A stretch of 64,000 nt of DNA from Vicugna vicugna (lineage: Eukaryota): positions 124,001 to 188,000 of the forward strand of contig MU058285.1 of the NCBI GenBank assembly GCA_013265495.1. The letters run 5' to 3'. The translations under genes were made by a program, and so were the position numbers. Positions within the stretch are counted from its first letter, which is position 1; the number at the start of each line of letters is the position of its first letter. Below the pieces are notes generated by a model. It was not told the origin of the DNA and searched no databases. It saw only the letters and a program-made list of their open reading frames with translations. Positions 13,774 through 27,095 of the stretch are shown here, piece by piece.

Positions 13774-14463
13774 TGTTAGAGCAGCCAGACAGCGAGATAC
13801 GAACAGAGAATGGGGGATGCAGGCCAAACGGCAGGAATCGGACAAAAAAAGGAGAGGGGCAGGGGCCAACTGCAGGAAACCTTACATCATGAAAACAACA
13901 GGGGTCCCCGGGCAGAGGAAAGAAACACAGGAACTTCTGGGCAGATGAGCAGTTGTACATTTTGAAGTGACAAGTGGCCTGGAGGCTGACAAAGAAGGGT
14001 GGGAAAAGGCAGGAATCTCCAGTGTCCAAACACAACCTTTTGCTTATTATGCCCTCATTACAATAAAATTAGCCTTGCAAATTAGACGTACCATCATGCA
14101 CCGACCCCATGACCCTTCCAATACAGAATAAATACAGACAAAAATCTCTCCTCCCTTCAGGAAGGTGGAGTTGGGATGAAAATCAGGGAATAGAACCCCG
14201 TCCCCTCCCCTCCCCAGTGAATAGTCCATCCATTCATTTTTATAGCCTATGTAACCAACTTGCCAAAGAAATTCAGAGCAACTCACCTGAGCTTGCCCGC
14301 TCTCCCCTTGAGAGTGCACTATCCATCCCTTAATAAACCCCACTTTACTTTCTTAACTTCCATGACTTGTCTCAGAATTCTTTCTGTGATGGGACAAGAA
14401 CCTAATCACCGACCATGATATCATCCCAGTGGATTTGACCTGAGTTCTCTGAGCCTCATAACA
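13774..14463 (+). mobile_element. Solo ERV LTR (~690 bp)
   Basis: TGTTA...TAACA termini, AATAAA at ~14332, and a U5-like 'ttgtctcagaattctttctgtgatgggacaagaacc'. TSD not resolved. Confidence 0.8.
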
Positions 14464-14866
14464 CACATGACATAATTCATCCATCTATGCCCAGGGTGTT
14501 TCAAGTTTAAGGACAAAAACGCATTCCTCTAAGTAGCTTTTCTATGCCGCTATTTGAATATACTGAGTCTATAATATAGATTGATAAAACATTTTGGCTT
14601 CTTAATTTTCTAAAATCATCAGGTTAAGTTACAAAATTTTAAATAAATTTGGTTGCCAACTTTATTTTATAATAGTTATTCTTCTTTAAAATTTCTAAGA
14701 ATTTCTATAATCAGGAATTCCTGGCTAGCTGAAATACTCTTCAAATGGCAGAGTTGGCAACTAGCCAGTTCTAGTAAGGACTTACACAGTGATCTAGTGA
14801 TATTAAGTACTTACTGGAATTCTCCAACATATGACAGTGATAATTGATTCAGGGAGTGGATTATAC

Positions 14867-15407
14867 TCTTAATCCAAAAGACCCCAGTTTGTGTGTTACC
14901 CGAAAGATAAGAATTCAGATGGGAGAAGGAAGCACTGTGCAGTGAAATATTTTAAAGGTTTTATTAGCAAAGGGAAAGTACACCTCCAGGAATGGGAGGC
15001 TGATCCAAGGGCAGGTAGCAGTGGTCTCTGTTTGCCCCTTTGTCTTACACCTTCACTTAAAGGTGGTCTGTTGATTGACGGCTCTTGCCCCTGGAGCACT
15101 TAGTCATGCTCGTCCCCTTTTGCGCATGTCCTTACTCATGATGCACACAGACAAACCCATGGCGGGGTGAGAGGGACTAAACCACAATGCTAATTATATT
15201 ACAATGAGCATTGGGTCATGTCTTATTAGGTCCTTGTCACTACTACACAGTTGTGGCCCTCGGATTCTAACCTGTTTTCTTGCTGGCACACATTTAGAGG
15301 AATTAAAGCCCCTTGATGCTAAAGGCATTTATACCACCATCTTCCAGACCATCCTCCCTCTCCTCCATCTATCTGTCCGGTGCCCCCACTTATCTAACTA
15401 CCTAACG
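14867..15407 (-). mobile_element. Solo LTR, ERV1-like family X, copy 1
   Basis: Reverse complement aligns end to end with 51040-51588 and 60505-61050. 4-bp TSD ATAC at 14863-14866 and 15408-15411. Confidence 0.9.
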
Positions 15408-16208
15408 ATACTATTTAGAATAAATTTCTTTGTCTTCTATATTTATCTCTATAAGATATATATGACTGATTATAACTATCTAATATTTTCCAATTTTTTT
15501 CCTCACAGATCATCATTGGCAATATTTTCCTCATATCATAATCTTGTATGCCATTAAAACACTTACTTTAAAGTATAATGAAGATTGTATTTGATTCTCT
15601 TAATCCCAGATAATATTGCAGCAAATTAAATGCGTTTAAGCCATTTTTAGTTGATTCTTCCTCTGACAAATAATTTTTTATTGTGAAGTGCTACAGTTTG
15701 GGGCCAAGAGAAAATTATTATGTTCAATCTAAATCTTTGAAGAATATCCAAATGCTTTTATCACCTTTCAAAGACACTTCTCCAATTGTTAATATTGAAT
15801 GGAATTGTTTATTTAAATAGTATGTGTGAGCAACAAGCGTCTAGTATTTGGCTTATGAGAAAAGGGGGAAACGCTCTAAAATTATTCCTCAAAAGGTGAA
15901 AGAAGCAAAGTTGCAGGTCTGGATGACTTTTGGAGTAAATAGATGGACAGTCACCAGGGGCCAGGTGGAATCACTGCCTCAACGATTAGTCATTCTTGAA
16001 AAACCTGAAACGCTAGGGGTAATTTCTGACAAGTATCCTAGAAAAGCAGTAACAGAATGCTAAAAGGTAGAGCTTTTTGATCTGGGCCTCTGCCAGTCAG
16101 GTTCTGAGACTGAAGCGGGTAGTGAAAGCGATGCTCTGGCCGGTGCACTTTGTGAGAAGCTGGCCCCGTCTCTGTGGAGCAGAGTTGGTGCCGACATGTC
16201 ACAGATGT

Positions 16209-16220
16209 GGAAACTGAAAC
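16209..16220 (+). promoter_or_regulatory. ISRE/IRF-binding motif GGAAACTGAAAC
   Basis: Match to the GAAANNGAAAC consensus in sequence with no recognised repeat. Function untested. Confidence 0.4.
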
Positions 16221-16244
16221 CCTAGTGCGTATGTGTGTTTCCAG

Positions 16245-16412
16245 AGCCAGTGGTTAATCAGTGTCCGAACCTGAATCTTGTGGATCTTCTTTTGCTGAGC
16301 CTGGGACCAGACCAAGATACATGGTGCACTGCTTTTGACCATCTTGACCAGAACCACAAAGTACTGGAAATATCTCAGGAATGGATGTTCTTTGCTGATT
16401 TCCAAACCTTAG
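16245..16412 (+). other. Candidate exon (168 nt, phase 1-1, open frame); alternative donor after 16426
   Basis: Acceptor 'gtgtgtttccAG'; donors AG|GTATGT (16413) and AG|GTAAGT (16427). The frame reads PVVNQCPNLNLVDLLLL...FFADFQTL with no stop. Product unrecognised. Confidence 0.3.
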
Positions 16413-16809
16413 GTATGTCCTCTTAGGTAAGTGTTAGGGAAAATATGATGCTTCTAAAAGAAGTTTCCAAGCCACAGAAACTACTTAAAACTGAGACAAT
16501 GTTTGAGCTTGTGCCCACTTAATTTGTGAAATGCTATTGTTGCCTACTGTATTATTCTGCAGCTTTAAAGAACACACCTGCTTTGCATACACATTTATAA
16601 GGATCTTTAATATACAGTCTCTCTAGGATGGAATAAAAGGCAGAAACATCTAAAGATTAACTAGTTCCTTGAGATTTTACTAATTGTACCAAATAAATAA
16701 CATTGTCACCTTGTCGTCTACAACATCACTTTGACTTGTTCTTAATATAATTGAGCATTACTTTCCTAGAGTAAAACATTAAATCTCAACTTAAAGTGAC
16801 TGTCAGTTC

Positions 16810-17198
16810 AGTTTGATACCTCAGACATTTATTGAGTGCCTGCTGTATTCCAGACCCATGCTAAGCACTGGGGTAAATGAACTATGAATTATTCACAGCC
16901 TCTGCTCTCCAAAAGCTTATAGTGGAAGAAACAAATTTCTAGGTAAGCTAATTCAGTATCATAAAGTACAGGCTAATGGAAGCACCAAGGGTTACAGGAG
17001 AGATACTTAGTCAACAAGAAGGCTCCAGGTAGGATGTCACCGTAGCAGTGTGCTTTATTCAGGGCATATTATGCAGGAGAAGTGTAGCCTGAGCAAATGC
17101 TTAAAGTATGAAATTGTTGGGGAGGGTACAGCTCAGTGGTAGAGAATATGCTTTGTATGCACGAGGTCCTGGGTTCAATCCCCAGTACCTCCAAAAAA

Positions 17199-17254
<56 letters not shown>

Positions 17255-17790
17255 AATTACCCCCCTACCCCCCTAAAGGAAAGCTGAAAAAAGTAAGCAG
17301 AAATTTTTTTTAAAAAAAGGTGTTAAAGCATGAAATTGCATCATGCACACATTCTATAGTACACAGTGAAATACAGGGAGAGAAAGACGGGGCTGAGGAC
17401 GGAAGTCTAGGCTGGGTCACAGAAGGATTATTATATTATGCCTCACCAAGGAACTTGATTCTATAGGTAACAGGACATCACTGAAGGGAGAGTATGTGGT
17501 AATAGCTTCACTTGAAATAAATTTCTTAGATTATATTGTAGAGGGTTGTTCTGAAGGACACAAGACTAGAGGTTGGGGGACAAAGTAGAAGGCTGGTTCT
17601 CAGCCTAAACAAGAGATGGTGAACATCTGATCTAGGACAGCAAGGATGGAGATGGAAAGAACAAGACAGGTGAAATATTTAGAAAGTTCCTAGGATCAGT
17701 AATTGGATTTGACATGATTGAGGGAGAGAGAAAGATGAGGGTGTGCTTCTGACTGGAGAACAAGTTGGATAGTTGAGTCATAAGCAAAGA
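16810..17790 (-). mobile_element. L2 remnant interrupted by a SINE
   Basis: 'acatttattgagtgcctgctgtattccagacccatgctaagcactgggg' (L2 tail, reverse), continuing past the SINE with 'gacaagactagagg...aggctggtt...aagagatggtg...ggatggagatggaaaga'. Confidence 0.75.
17119..17322 (+). mobile_element. tRNA-Ala-derived SINE (camelid vic-1 type) with (AAAT)13
   Basis: A box 'cagctcagtggtagag' and B box 'gggttcaatccc', then an AAAT run and C-rich block. TSD ttaaag(t/c)atgaaattg at 17101-17116 and 17323-17338. Confidence 0.92.
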
Positions 17791-20700
17791 ATAATAATAG
17801 AGGCAGAAGAGAAGGTGTGAGGATGCAGGGATAAAAAGATGAAAGACGTCTGTCATAGTTCCACATGCATAGCAACCAATATTCATATTTTGAAATATTT
17901 CTTTCTCATCTTTATTTTTCATATATTTTGTACATAATTAAGTTTATACTACCATTTAAAATAATTCATTCTGCTTTCTGTTTGACAAAAGAATCATTCC
18001 TAGAGGAAAAAAACCTTATTTCATAATATTAAAAAATTATGTTTGAACACACTTTACAATAACTGCATAATATTTCTGTTGGTGGATTTATCATAATTTT
18101 CTTAGTATTAAACACCTATGATATAAAAACACTCTTCTAGAAATGAATGAGAACTCTCTCCAAAGGCAATATCTGTAAACCACATATGACAACTGAATGG
18201 ACGCTGCCTACAGATGTGGTTAGATTGAAATACCTGGACAAAGTTCTGCAAGGAACGAGTCAATCTTAGAAACAAGTAGTCAGTTCACAGGAGTCAATCA
18301 AACACAGCATCAAGATAAAACTATGAAAATCTTCCTGTTGTTTTATTTAAAACATTAAAATTGGTCATTTCTACTAACGTAGTAACAGCAATTGTATTCT
18401 GGTTAGACTATGGTCTTGCAGTTAAAAGGGATATATACATATACAAGAACAGAAACAGTGAGATTTGTCATTAATCATTTTCCTCTTCTCTCTAGTGATA
18501 TGGTTCAGAAAAACAAAGTCTGCAGTTTGTTGTTTTTTTTTTTCACTAGAGCTGGCCTTAGGCAAATCCACACTGTCAATCACATGGATAAAATGTAGGC
18601 CAGACTGTCTAGTGTTTTTCAAAATAGCCAATAAATGAAATATAAGAAGTGAATATGACTGGGTATTTATAATTTTCACTTCTTGGTTGGCATCATCTAG
18701 AATTATTAAACATACAGACAATGTTTCCATTATTTTGGGGTCTCTTTCTTTTCCATCTTCTCAACAGGGAATTTCGGTATACATTTTTGCCCTTTGACTT
18801 CATCTTTTAGTAGTTCATGAAAAGTGATATGTAGGTGGTTTACACTCAATGCCAGAATCAACATTCTTTCTGTTCCGAAAGCTGAGGATTTGAAAGCGTT
18901 TTTCCTTCTCATAAGGATTTACTCAAGCATTTATATATCCTGTAATAGTTGGCGTCAGTAATATTATTCCTTGGTATTTTTGGATACTTTTATTTAGAAT
19001 AACATGCTTCACAACCAAAGAAGCAAAACTACCTATAAAGCAATAAATACAATTCTATTTCCAATTATTTTTCTTCACATCACTGTGGAAGTTGCATTTA
19101 AGTACATTTCATGCATATGCCCTGCTTTCCACTAATGGAAATTCTAATAGTTTAAGGGAACATAATGGTATTTTTAGAACTGTTTAATCTTTCACCAACT
19201 GATGAAGACCCAATTCAAACAACGAACATTCTTCATATACAAAATATTGGTTCACTCTAAGTTTGGACTTAGTAACTTAGACCTTTAACATTTGAGGGTG
19301 GTGGTGAAGAATCAGCTATTATAAGCAGACACTTCAGGTAATTTTTATTAAAAAAGTAAGTGGACAGAAAAAAAGTCTTAAACTGCTCAAAAGCATAGGA
19401 TTATGCCATGGAGGACACACAGTTTTTGTAGGTTTCTGTCAATTTTAAGAGGTTATATATGATCAACAGATTTTTCTATAAAATAAAAGAAGCTACGATT
19501 TTCAATAATTCCTCTTTTCTTGGTTAAGCAATATTTTCTGAACATAAATCAGTACACAGGCCATAACAAGAACAGAAATGTATTTATGGGGGATAGAAGA
19601 CAGAGTATTTGAAATGGTACACCCATAGGAAGCTTTAATATAAACCACTCTTCAGAATGAGCACACATCCAATTTAGATAAAGAACAGTCACATTCCTAA
19701 CTACAAAATGGCACAAGGCATTGGAAATAAGTAATGGTTTCCAATATCTATGAACCAAGCATCTGAGAAAGACAAAGTACTCGAGATTCTACAGCACATC
19801 ACATGGAGTTTGCAAAGACTGGATTGTTGTTTTTCATTCGATTGCCTATTGCTCATAGGCAAGGGAACTCGTATTAGCCAACCACACTGGTTGACCCCTG
19901 CCAGTGTGAAGAAGATACTAGGAACTACAGATGCAGTTAAAGTCAGGAAATGGGGAACTTTATGGGAAGTTATCATTTGGGTGAACCTTTGGCGTAAGGC
20001 AATTCTCTGGCGCTCTCTGGTTACCTTGTGATATTGATACATAAACATTAAATGTTCATTATTATCTAAGCCTCCTTTGTCTTAACATGGTTTTCTGCAA
20101 GGCCACAGTGCTTACAATGCCATGCAAGAGCCACTGTTGGCCTCTGGCCTGGGCTTGGTGCCACTGGCTCCTTCATTCTGATCAAAATATATTGAGCACT
20201 GTGTAAGCAGAATTTCCATTTCTGGTTTGAGTAAGTTAACTTCTGATTCACACTTTAAGTGTTTCTTTCTTTCAAGGAATAAAACATAGATCCTTCTTTC
20301 CATCAGTGCTATAGAAGTATCACTTTGAAGACATACTTATTAAAGAAAAGAACTGATTATTTCTTAGAAGTCCTGGCCAGTTCTACCCTAATAAAATTTA
20401 TTTTGGACCACAAATGTCAACAATCTCCAGAGTTCTTTTGATGAATACTGGAATGTATGAGGCAGCCCCACGATGGCATGGTTGACTTTACGCTGCCAGA
20501 AGGAGGGGGTTTGACTCTCAAAGCTAAACCCGATACAGACTGACTCTTCTTCTCCACCTTCCTGAGTGTGGTGGGACCCTGCCTCCTGTCCCCATCAGGG
20601 AAATCATGACAGTGTCTTCAGTCAGAGGGCAGCACTGCTCTACTTCCTGTTTACGGAGCTAACCTATGCTCAGAAATCTGTTTTCAATTATTTTATGTTT

Positions 20701-21169
20701 CAAGGAAAACAAAGTGCCCTTCATCCAAACCAAAGGGGAGTTACAGGCCTGGGGCACAAAGCTGAAACATGGCCAATTGAATTAGCCTGCTTTTTGTACA
20801 TGTGTATAGAAATATCCCGGCAGGTAACTACATGAACACGTGGGCCATTTAGGATAGTATTTTAACATGATGATGAAAAGCAAAATACCTGTGTTTATGA
20901 GCAGGGACCTATGTGCAAAAGGACTGTTGAGTTCCAACAATCTGTGCGCCTTTTGAAGAAAGGAAACAAGAACCTTGCGTGTTCATCTTGCATGCGTGGT
21001 GTCCAAACCATAGTAACACTCAATAAATAGCTATTGAACAAATGAATGTATAAATGATCATGAAGAATAGGAACTGTGCACAATAGTAAAGAACTCATTT
21101 ATTTTTCACATTTGTGTGTATGTGTTTTTCCCTTTCTTTTCTTTTTCTTTCTTTTTTTTTTTACAATCC

Positions 21170-21880
21170 AGGTACGTATTATAAAAGCCGTGAGTGTATA
21201 GGGTAAAAAGTTAAATAGAAGAATGCAAGTCTTCCTCCCTACCTACTGGCCCCATTCCCATCTTTCTTTCTCTAGCATTCCTACTAAAATTGTGTTCATT
21301 TTTAACAAACTGGGTCATATTTTATGTACTGTTTTGTACACAGTTTTATTTCATCTAATATATTTTGGAGATTTTTCCATGTTTACCCAGAATACCACCT
21401 TTATACACATACACTGATTTGATTCGTTTAAATTTGAATCTAACTATTCTAGTCTACTGCATGGCTGAACCATAATTAATTTTCAGTTCCCAGAGACTAG
21501 GCAATAAGGTTGCTTCCAATTTTTTTTTATTAATAACTACAAATAATGATGAAATGAATATACATGCACATATACTTTCTTGCAATTATCTTAGAATATA
21601 CATGGAATAAATTACTAGAATTGAAATAGATGCATCAAAGGAATATGCGTTTTTAATTTCGATGGCTGCTGCTAAACTGTCCTTCCCCCGCTGGCTATGG
21701 GAACGCTTGCTTCTCTGCATCTTTGTCAAACTGGCCAGTAACAAACTTTAATCGTAGCCAATCCAATAAATAAAAAATACTAATTCATTGTCCTCTTAGC
21801 TTGAAGGTCTGCCGTAATTATTCAGGTTAAGCATTTTGTATTTATGGACCAACTTTGTTTCTTTCTCTGTGAAATGATCT
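21170..21880 (-). mobile_element. Ancient L1M(E)-like 3' region remnant
   Basis: Degraded L1ME-type blocks such as 'ggttgcttccaattttttttattaataac...aatgatgaaatgaatata' and 'gcatcaaaggaatatgcgtttttaatttcgatggctgctgctaaactgtcctt'. Confidence 0.6.
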
Positions 21881-22894
21881 TTTAAAGACAGCAGGTAACA
21901 ATCTGTGCTGTATCGGTGTGATAAGATGCGTAACTGAGAAGAAAATCACCTTCAACACCGAGATGGAAATACTTTCTTCTTCCCATTGTACAAATATCAT
22001 GCATTATGAAGCCAATTTTAGGGAACTCTCTCTGAAAACTACCAAGAAATAGAATGTGGATTTTTCTTCTGAACCAGCTACAATAAACTACAGGAAAAAA
22101 AAAAAGAAACCTTATACTCACTGGCTATATCTTTGCTATTTATTGTCCTCAAAAAATGAAATTCCAGAAGTAACATTGTATATCCATTGCAGTATGTGTC
22201 TGTCTTTTATTTTATCTATTCATTAACTTTGGTGACTTTATGAATAAAGCCATCAATATAGGATCTAGAAACCAAGTAAAATAAGGCAATGAATTAGCCA
22301 TTATCTTTCCTTTTAAGGTATTTACAGAGTTTCTGAGAACAAACAGGTGAAGAAATTAAATAGTCGGTTCAGGATCTTACCTGAGTTCTAAGGAGTTTGG
22401 ACTTGGGCAAGGAAGTGACTATAGATATGTGAAAGCATTAAAAATGTCCTTTAAGCAAATTATTCTAGAAGCTATGTAGATGAAGAGCAGAGGGGAAAGA
22501 GAGACAGAGAAATTAACTAGGAGGCTGTTGCCTTTTGCAGGTGACAGACAGTAAAGATCAAGACTAGCACAGTGGCAACAGGAACAGCATGCTGGTGATG
22601 TCTGGGGGATGCACAGTTGCCAAGAGCTGACCCTGGATGGATAGAACCATCAAAGCCAAGAAAGGATGAGTCCTAAGAGGGAAGGGACAACAAGAATGTA
22701 AAACGCTCCAGGCTAACGGAATCCTTACAAGAGTCCATCCCTCTGCATCCGAGGAGAAATGAGAACTTGTCAGTATTAGCTTTATCCAGTCAGTACGTAC
22801 TTATTGAATCCTTGCTGTGCCCAGACACTATGCTGTTGATGAAATGGTGAGCAAAAGTGATAAGCTTCTTACTGTCACGTAACTTAAACTTTCT

Positions 22895-23033
22895 GGCAGA
22901 GGGTATAGCTCTAGTGGTAGAAGGCATGCTTAGCAAGTACAGGGTCCTGAGTTCAATCCCCATTACCTCCTCTAGAAATAAATAAATAAATAAACCTAGT
23001 TACCTTCCCTCCCCCTCCAAAAATAAAAAAAAA
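22895..23033 (+). mobile_element. tRNA-Ala-derived SINE (vic-1 type), inserted in an L2 remnant
   Basis: 'gagggtatagctctagtggtagaaggcatgcttagc...gttcaatccc...aataaataaacctagttacc' followed by an A-rich tail. Confidence 0.9.
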
Positions 23034-23079
23034 CTTAACCAGGGAGAGCATCAAATCGAAAGCAACAGTGGCACCTGCT

Positions 23080-23590
23080 GTTTGCTCGGTGAGAACCACC
23101 CCTCTGCCACTGTTAGATCATACGCCTCAGGGAATATGAACTCTTCCCCTGCCCCCTGGTGTATTTGAATTAAGCCTAGACCCATGGGAGGGAAGGAGTT
23201 CCTCCCTCTGACCACAGTGAACATCCATGGATTGGTAGGATTCATGGGGGCCAATCATAGCTTATCCTGGGCCTCATATTTCAGCTCTCAGAGAAGCAGA
23301 CTCTCTTCCCTATATGGTGGGAACCTGAAAGTGTGAAGAACCAGAGTCGTGGCAGCTAACGTACAACTGGGAAGTCAACCTTGTCTATAGTAAGTGGAAG
23401 GCAGAGCCAAGAGTTTGTTGCAGAGAAAAATCGCCCTGATGATGTCACTTGAGTCTGGCCAAGCTGGAACCAAAGCTAGATTTATTCTCGAACTTTTGGT
23501 TTAGGTGAGGCAATACATTCTATTTTAGCTCAAACCAGTTTGGTTTGGATTTTCATTCATTTGTAATCAAAAGAAGGCTAACCATTATAA
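23080..23590 (+). mobile_element. MLT1 (ERVL-MaLR) LTR
   Basis: MLT1-type 3' end 'ccctgatgatgtcacttgagtctgg...gtgaggcaatacattc...aaaccagtttggtttggattttc...tttgtaatcaaaagaaggctaacc'. Confidence 0.75.
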
Positions 23591-24682
23591 CTCAGCTCTG
23601 AAAAAATGTCCTGTCCTTTTTTCCCCTAGATGGCAAAAAAATTTTGTTACTTTTCTCTAAACATTTTATTGCAAAACTATGGTGTATTACAAAATTTAAA
23701 GCATTTGAAATCTAAGGAGAATGGTATTTCCTTGGAAATAATTAAATGACAATCTATGGAAAGTTATAGTATCTTCCAGTCTGTTTTAAATTATGATATA
23801 AAGTCCACAGCTGTATGTTCTTCAATTACCAGAACTCAGAGAAGTCTGCTATTTAGGGCATTGAAAATCTAAGTTTATTTCTCTTTTGAACTAGCAAGAA
23901 TGTTAATAATTATTTTATTGAAAAATAATTAGTTTACTTTCTCTCTTTAGGTAAAATATTTTTAGAAGTTAAATAACTTTTATTTTTGAGAATCTCCCAT
24001 TTCAGTGAGAGGGTGAACACATAAACCACTAAATGCACCAAAATCTGTATATTCATTGCTTTAATCCTTATCATTATGTTTTACTCATAGTTCATTGAAA
24101 TGTATTCATGTATCTTTCACCTGGAAGAAATGATGATGCTGATTGGGTATTCTGAGGAATTTTTTTCGTACTGTCCATGGTCATCATTCAGAATCAGCTT
24201 GGAAATGGTGTATTAGGCATAATCAAACTTTCAAACATGAGTAAATACAGAGATGCCTTCCTTACCTAGCATTTCCCTCTCTTAATTTAGTCTGACTTGT
24301 TACATTTTTTTGAACAAGCGCCAGGATTTCAATTCCACTATTCTGTATTCTTTCCCTTTGGGGATAATTAGAGAAAGATCAAGTACCAGTACTTCACCAC
24401 AGAAAGGGAATATAACGTTGTGGATGTTTGTTGGGGTTTTTTTTCCCCCAAAGACGATTTGAGAGAGAAAGAAAATTGAAATAATCACCCAAGCTTCTCC
24501 AGCCCAATTTTTTAACATACTGTCTAAGTATGAGGGTAAATGCACTACTTTTTCTACCTACCTTACAGGCTTATCGGGAAGAACAACTAAAATTACTGTT
24601 AAGAGAGTGGCTTGTCCATTTTCAAGTGCTATGCAGAGTTAGTTATACCTCCTGTTTGGGTTTCCTAGAAGCAATGTGTGGC

Positions 24683-24865
24683 CAGGGCCAGTTGGGCAGG
24701 CTGTGCATTGCACAAGGGTGTCATAACATATCATGCAGATTTTGGTATCTCTGTCCTGGCCAATGGCAGTAAAGAGAGTCTTGTTCTGATAAACCCTGTA
24801 TGTTCTGACAATGTCCCAACAGAAAGCGGTGTCTTTTTAAAATTCTCACAAAGACCCTTTGTACT
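24683..24865. mobile_element. MER91-like hAT DNA transposon relic
   Basis: 'cagggccagttgggcaggctgtgcattgcacaagggtg...aatggcagtaaag...tcttgttct...aattctcacaaag' resembles the recalled MER91 consensus. Confidence 0.5.
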
Positions 24866-24889
24866 GTGATAGAGAAGCATTCATTGTCC

Positions 24890-25550
24890 TGGCCTCCTTT
24901 CTCTCTTCCTCCAATCCAGTATTCACACTACAGTCTGATCATTGCTCCTAAAATGCAAACTAGAGAGTATTATTCTGCCAAAATCCCTACAATGACTCTT
25001 CAATTGCCTTCAGAATAAAGTCCAAATTTCTAAATTTGGCAAAATTCGAGGCCCCTCACCAGCACAGTCTCACCTCTGTCTGATCCCTGCTGACCCTACT
25101 CTGCTCCAGTTGAGGAGATACGTATGGTTCCCCGAACAGCATGTACTTTCTTGCCTCTGAGTCTGAGGAAATACTCCTTACGCCCAAAACATCCTCCTAC
25201 TGTACTTTTCCTATATATAGCTTAGAGGTCACCTTGAATGTCACGTCCTCCAGGAAGCTGTCCCTATGCTGCCTTTTTCACTCTACTCTATAGGAATCTA
25301 TGTTTGTTCTTATGTTCTCTCTTGTAAGTCACTCAACTCCTTCAAATAGATGATGAGCCACTGGAAGACAGAGAGTGTGTACCATACCTTTGTACCTGGC
25401 GCATGTTAGATCCCACATATATTTGCTGAATGAAATGGGGTCTGGCTTCTGTTGTTGGATGTGTTGTTTATTTGCCTTGTGACCTTGAGCAAGTCACTTA
25501 ATCTATATCTCACTTTCCTGCTAGGAAAACAGTCGTTTGAATTAGCCAAT
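24890..25550 (+). mobile_element. L2 remnant followed by a MIR fragment
   Basis: L2: 'tccagtattcacactac...ttgccttcagaataaagtccaaattt', 'tgaatgtcacgtcctccaggaagc', tail 'atatttgctgaatgaa'. MIR: 'gtgaccttgagcaagtcacttaatct'. Confidence 0.7.
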
Positions 25551-25689
25551 TCATAAAAAAGAACATTTAGATTTGGAATTATGCCCTACATTTTTCTCAC
25601 TGGAATTCAGAATCTTCTACCTTTGTGGCTGAAATAGAAGAGAAAAGGGAGAGGAACATTTTGGTGGTTGAGATTCAAATACGTATGAA

Positions 25690-25707
25690 GTGTGTGTGTG
25701 TGTGTGT
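25690..25707. repeat. (GT)9 microsatellite
   Basis: Read directly from the sequence. Confidence 0.9.
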
Positions 25708-26934
25708 TACCTTCTCAACATTAAATTTCCCTGACCAGCTTTGAGACGTTTTCTACCAAATGATCGTGGTAATGAAAACGCTTGGCAAGTAAAATTCAGT
25801 TATTTTACAGTGGTTTAACAGTTTCCAAATGCCAAATGTAAGAGGTGTTTGCACATAATTCACTGAACCTTTATTTCATTTTTACTACAAATTTATGGAT
25901 TAAGCTGCAGGGTAAATGGCTTCAACATACAGTCTGTGACTATTCTGGGACTGGGAGATGGAGAGCTACACAATGGTCTCATTAAACTGTGAGTCAATCT
26001 GCAGAACTCAAGCGCCAACTCCTCCTGGGCAGCGGTGTCTTAATCTTAATCATCCTGGGGACTTTGGACTGTGGGCAAGGCAGTGTATTATTAAGATCTG
26101 GATGGAAGTAGCAAAAAAGTGAAAAGGGGGCCACTGGAATTGGAAAACGATGGTAGAAAGGAAAGAAAGAAATCGTAGAGAGCAGCTGGAAGAGGAGAAA
26201 GCCCTCAGTGTCTTCAGATTTAATAGCCTGAGCAACCCTATCGTGTAAACAGTGCTGATCAGTGTTTTCTGATATGTCCCTTTTGGTACCTACAGGACTT
26301 TCGCATCCCCTGCCAATTAAGATACAATCTTCTGAAGGGTGATGCCCAGAGGAATCCATTAGCTTCTGTGGATCCTCACTATACAAGGTTTGTGGAACTT
26401 TATTTTCTATAGGTTATGTTATAAAAACAATATTGTCCCCATGTTAAAACAATCAGAGTACAAGACTGTGGCTTTCAACATAGACCTGTAGTCTTCCTAC
26501 AACTAAGAGACTAAAATACACTCCTGGGCGGGGATGTGGCCTCCAATTTAGAATCATAGTTGTTTTGGGTGTTGAAGAAGCAGCATGTACTATACAGAGC
26601 AACTGAAAAAGTAAGTACAATGGGGCTACATGTGATTTGGATTATGTCTGAATAAGACCCTTGAATCATCGAAAGTTCATCTCATATGAGATGAACACAG
26701 AATCACTGGCAGCCCAGGGTGGCCACACATACTTGTAAAGTAAATGCTGGGCTTAAGTATCCATTGTTTTATAAGTGACAGCCAGCATCATAAACGCATC
26801 CACCTTCGTGCAGAGAAAGGAACGTATTTTACTGCTGTGTCACTCTTTATAGAGCCACACAAACAGGCACCAGACATAGATATTTCAGTTGAATAAATCA
26901 GATTTTTAAAGACCTGTTGGTGAACCGGTGCCAG

Positions 26935-27095
26935 ACTAGCTAGAGAAGAATCACACAAGGAGCATGGAATAAATCAACCCACCCGAGTCTCTCTCCAGGC
27001 CTCCTGAGTTAGAATCTTGGTGGGGGAATCCAGGAATCTTTATTTCAAAACAACTTTGGTGGTAATTCACATGACCAGGCTTTGGAACCACTGGG
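26935..27095. mobile_element. MER5-like hAT relic
   Basis: 'ccaggcctcctgagttagaatcttggtggggg...ccaggaatctttatttcaaaacaac...ggtaattc...tttggaaccactg'. Confidence 0.65.

Noticed and set aside
17119..17192. tRNA-Ala gene (also at 22895, 43970 and 63313)
   Set aside because: Each has mutated stems, the SINE body and A-rich tail, and in some cases TSDs. These are SINE heads, not tRNA genes.
24130..24200. C/D-box snoRNA (ATGATGA...CTGA)
   Set aside because: The boxes are only ~15 nt apart and there is no terminal stem or recognisable guide.
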